Assembly (NCBI RefSeq): GCF_964355755.1
Contig: NC_092675.1
Span: forward strand, 18,758,912-18,822,911
Source: Antedon mediterranea
Lineage: Eukaryota > Animalia > Echinodermata
DNA: 64,000 nucleotides
Direction: 5' to 3'
Part shown: in pieces, positions 61,401 through 64,000 of the stretch
Position numbering within the stretch: position 1 is the first letter of the stretch
Layout of the letters: each line of letters begins with the position of its first letter
Notes under the pieces: model-generated
What the model saw: only the letters and a program-made list of their open reading frames with translations
Told to the model about the DNA's origin: nothing
Database searches by the model: none
Position numbers and translations under genes: made by a program

Positions 61401-64000
61401 ATGCGCGCATTTTGAGGAAAGAAGAAATCGATCTAACTGAAACATATGTATATTAGCAATTGCAAACAGCCTCCTATTCCACCTGTGCTGGATTTAGTAA
61501 AAAAATCAGAGTGGAAGGCAGCTTGACAGCGAACCATTGACAGCTGGAATGTCTCTGCACCCTCTATGCCATCTTTAAAATGAAAACTGAGAATCTTTTT
61601 TACAAGAATAACGCGGGTCTAACTATCAAGTATCAAGTAAGTATTGTTAGTTTGACATTTTATAGAGAAAATTGAACCTTTAAAAATCGATCGTTTTTAG
61701 GTGTCTTTTGCATTTTTAACCAATGTCTACACTGTCGTGTTGTTATGTCATAACACCACAGGTCAACCAATAACAAAATAAATCAAAATGACCTACTTCT
61801 TCTAAGTTCAGAGAATATATTCTTCTGTGCCGCAAGAGAAAAGCAGTCTCCTTCGCTGAAGGTCAAGTATGATTCGGAAACTTCGCTTAAAGATTTTGTT
61901 TTGATTATTAGAAACTCTTTACCAGAGAAGCACAGATAATAATACCTTACATTTATCTTCATTAGATTAGAATTGCTTTATATTTGATAATAACCCAAGA
62001 GCGCCCAATCATGTTGAAGTATAACATCCGAATTTTCCAATTACAGAAGCGATAATATTTAGTCGATTCCGGTAACCGTACTGAATATTATTTGCGCCTG
62101 TATTGTCTTACGTTTAGTGTTAAGTTCATGAATCATGGCGTATAATACAGGCATCACATGTGATTCAAATGTGACATTGCATTACAGTATTGTCATATGT
62201 AACAATACTGGAAAGGATTGGGGAGCTGCAGAATCGGGTTCCGTCCTCTAACAATGCTATTAGGCCTACCTTCCAAAATCATGTACAGTATATTTTATAC
62301 ACAGCCGATAATTGCGACCTATCGCCCCCTATAGTTTCAGATGCTGCAAACTTGAAGTTTATAGAGAGATGTTGACACTCAGGAACATCGGGTAAAACAC
62401 AGATCATAATATTAATAGGCCTCTTAATTTTTCTGTACAAAGTATAGGGCAAATACAAAATTACAGATTATTGGTTGACTACAGTTTTGAGATTTGATAT
62501 TTTTATAGCTTTCAGCAACGGAGTGATGTCACGTGCAAAGGTTTGGTTCAGCAAAACAAAAATATATTTACAAGTTTATATATCATATTTTCAAATACAA
62601 GCTTAAAAAATCTTGACTATTATAAAATGTCTTTTGGAAGTGATCAATAAATCAATGTTCACGATGCATATCGATTACTGTCTGTCATTACATCTAATGC
62701 TTTCTATCATGTTCAATATAAATCTGTTATTATTTTATGCATTATTAGTCAATTACCGTATTGACAGTATCTATTTAAGTAAATCGATGCTGTGAATGTG
62801 TAGCATACGTACAACTGTGTATGAAAAGTGTATGAAAGTAAGTAAGCTATACCAAGGAAATAAGTCGATGGACTTCAGCACTGTTCGGCCGGATGAATTT
62901 TGATGGGAACAAGTAAGAGGACAAAACAATGGCAACATTTACGATTCTTGTTATTTTAGATGTGTAGTATCCTATATATCACATAGCTGGTGTTTTTTAC
63001 ATTAACACCGTAGAGTCTGTTTTAGCGTACCATTTTCTTTTTTTACAAAACCCAACAGTCATTCGGAAGCCCTATCCCAGGCGGTGTGACGCGCCACTTT
63101 TTTTTCTACCTGTATTATTCACTTCTTCCTTCACGTTGGTTGTACCTATCCTCTACTAACGGTACCAGTACTAGATAATACGCCTTTAATTAGATGACGC
63201 ATTTAAAATGCCACGCACGTTCGTCGAATCATTACAAGGATCCCGCCTCAATACTGTCATTTAAAGAGGATCCTTGGATCACGTGATATTTTTTGAAATT
63301 GATAGAATACTGAATGCAGCGAAGACGGCCTACGCATTGAACAGTCATTGAACAAATGTATTGGATAAAATTAAACATTGAAATTCTATGGGAAGCTATA
63401 TAGAGGATGTACAGTGATTGTTATTTTTCAATTGGAAGCCACATTAGGTACAATACGCTACGGGATGCTTACTACACGGTGCGCTAATGCTTGAGTGCAT
63501 GGCGATATTATTGTTGTTTGTCAAGCAGCAAAACATTAGAAGATTAAGGTATGTGCTTCCTTATATTTCCAATGTGAATATATACTACACCCGATACTAC
63601 AGTACAATACTTTACAAATAGTACATGTGTATATTTCTCATATGCTTTGATTTAAATAATAATATAAAACATAGTATATTAAAATAAGAAGACGTTATCA
63701 GTAAAATATAATGTTATTTTTTTATTACGGTTTAAGAGCATTAAATTCAGCACCGACAGCCAGAGTTGAAAAATTTGGTTTTAAAATATCACATGCACAA
63801 ATAAAAATTTCGGGTAAAACGAAGAAAGATTATAAACAATAGCAAAATTATAACATAAATTACATGGTTGGTTTCCTTTTTCCTGTTTGTTCATGAAGCC
63901 CAATAAGAAGCATTGCATATGTAGAGTTTAAATTTGATAATAGCCCAATTACTGCAGCTGGAAACTGAATGAATGGAAATTGATTTTCTCTTAATTAACC

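Noticed and set aside
62950-63560. CpG-richer patch with CACGTG and a donor-like AAG|GTATGT (about 63548), possibly the promoter or first exon of a next gene
   Set aside because: No identifiable coding sequence within the window supports it.

Overview
AT-rich, intron-rich animal DNA, probably from an invertebrate deuterostome such as an echinoderm; that assignment is inferred from gene structure and repeat content. Three complete spliced genes can be rebuilt by hand with GT-AG introns and consistent phases. They are METAP1 (+, 10 coding exons, 14932-27403, 380 aa), class III alcohol dehydrogenase ADH5/GSNOR (-, 10 exons, 34232-27672, 377 aa) and an ABCG2-like half-transporter (+, 16 coding exons, 38488-52475, 691 aa). 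METAP1 and ADH5 are tail-to-tail, and ADH5 and ABCG2 are head-to-head. Upstream are a 3.3-kb 37-bp satellite and an intron-containing piggyBac transposase broken by a single 1-nt frameshift. The introns carry a 24-bp minisatellite, LINE fragments, tRNA-headed Deu/Nin-domain SINEs, Helitron/Helentron non-autonomous elements, Harbinger-type MITEs and a complete tRNA-like cloverleaf with an ATC anticodon. The most unusual signal is a large excess of TA-GGCC-TA and related TA-NNN-TA words. In two places they are demonstrably 6-nt insertions into known repeats, which suggests transposon excision scars. All homology statements come from motif recognition and memory, not database searches.
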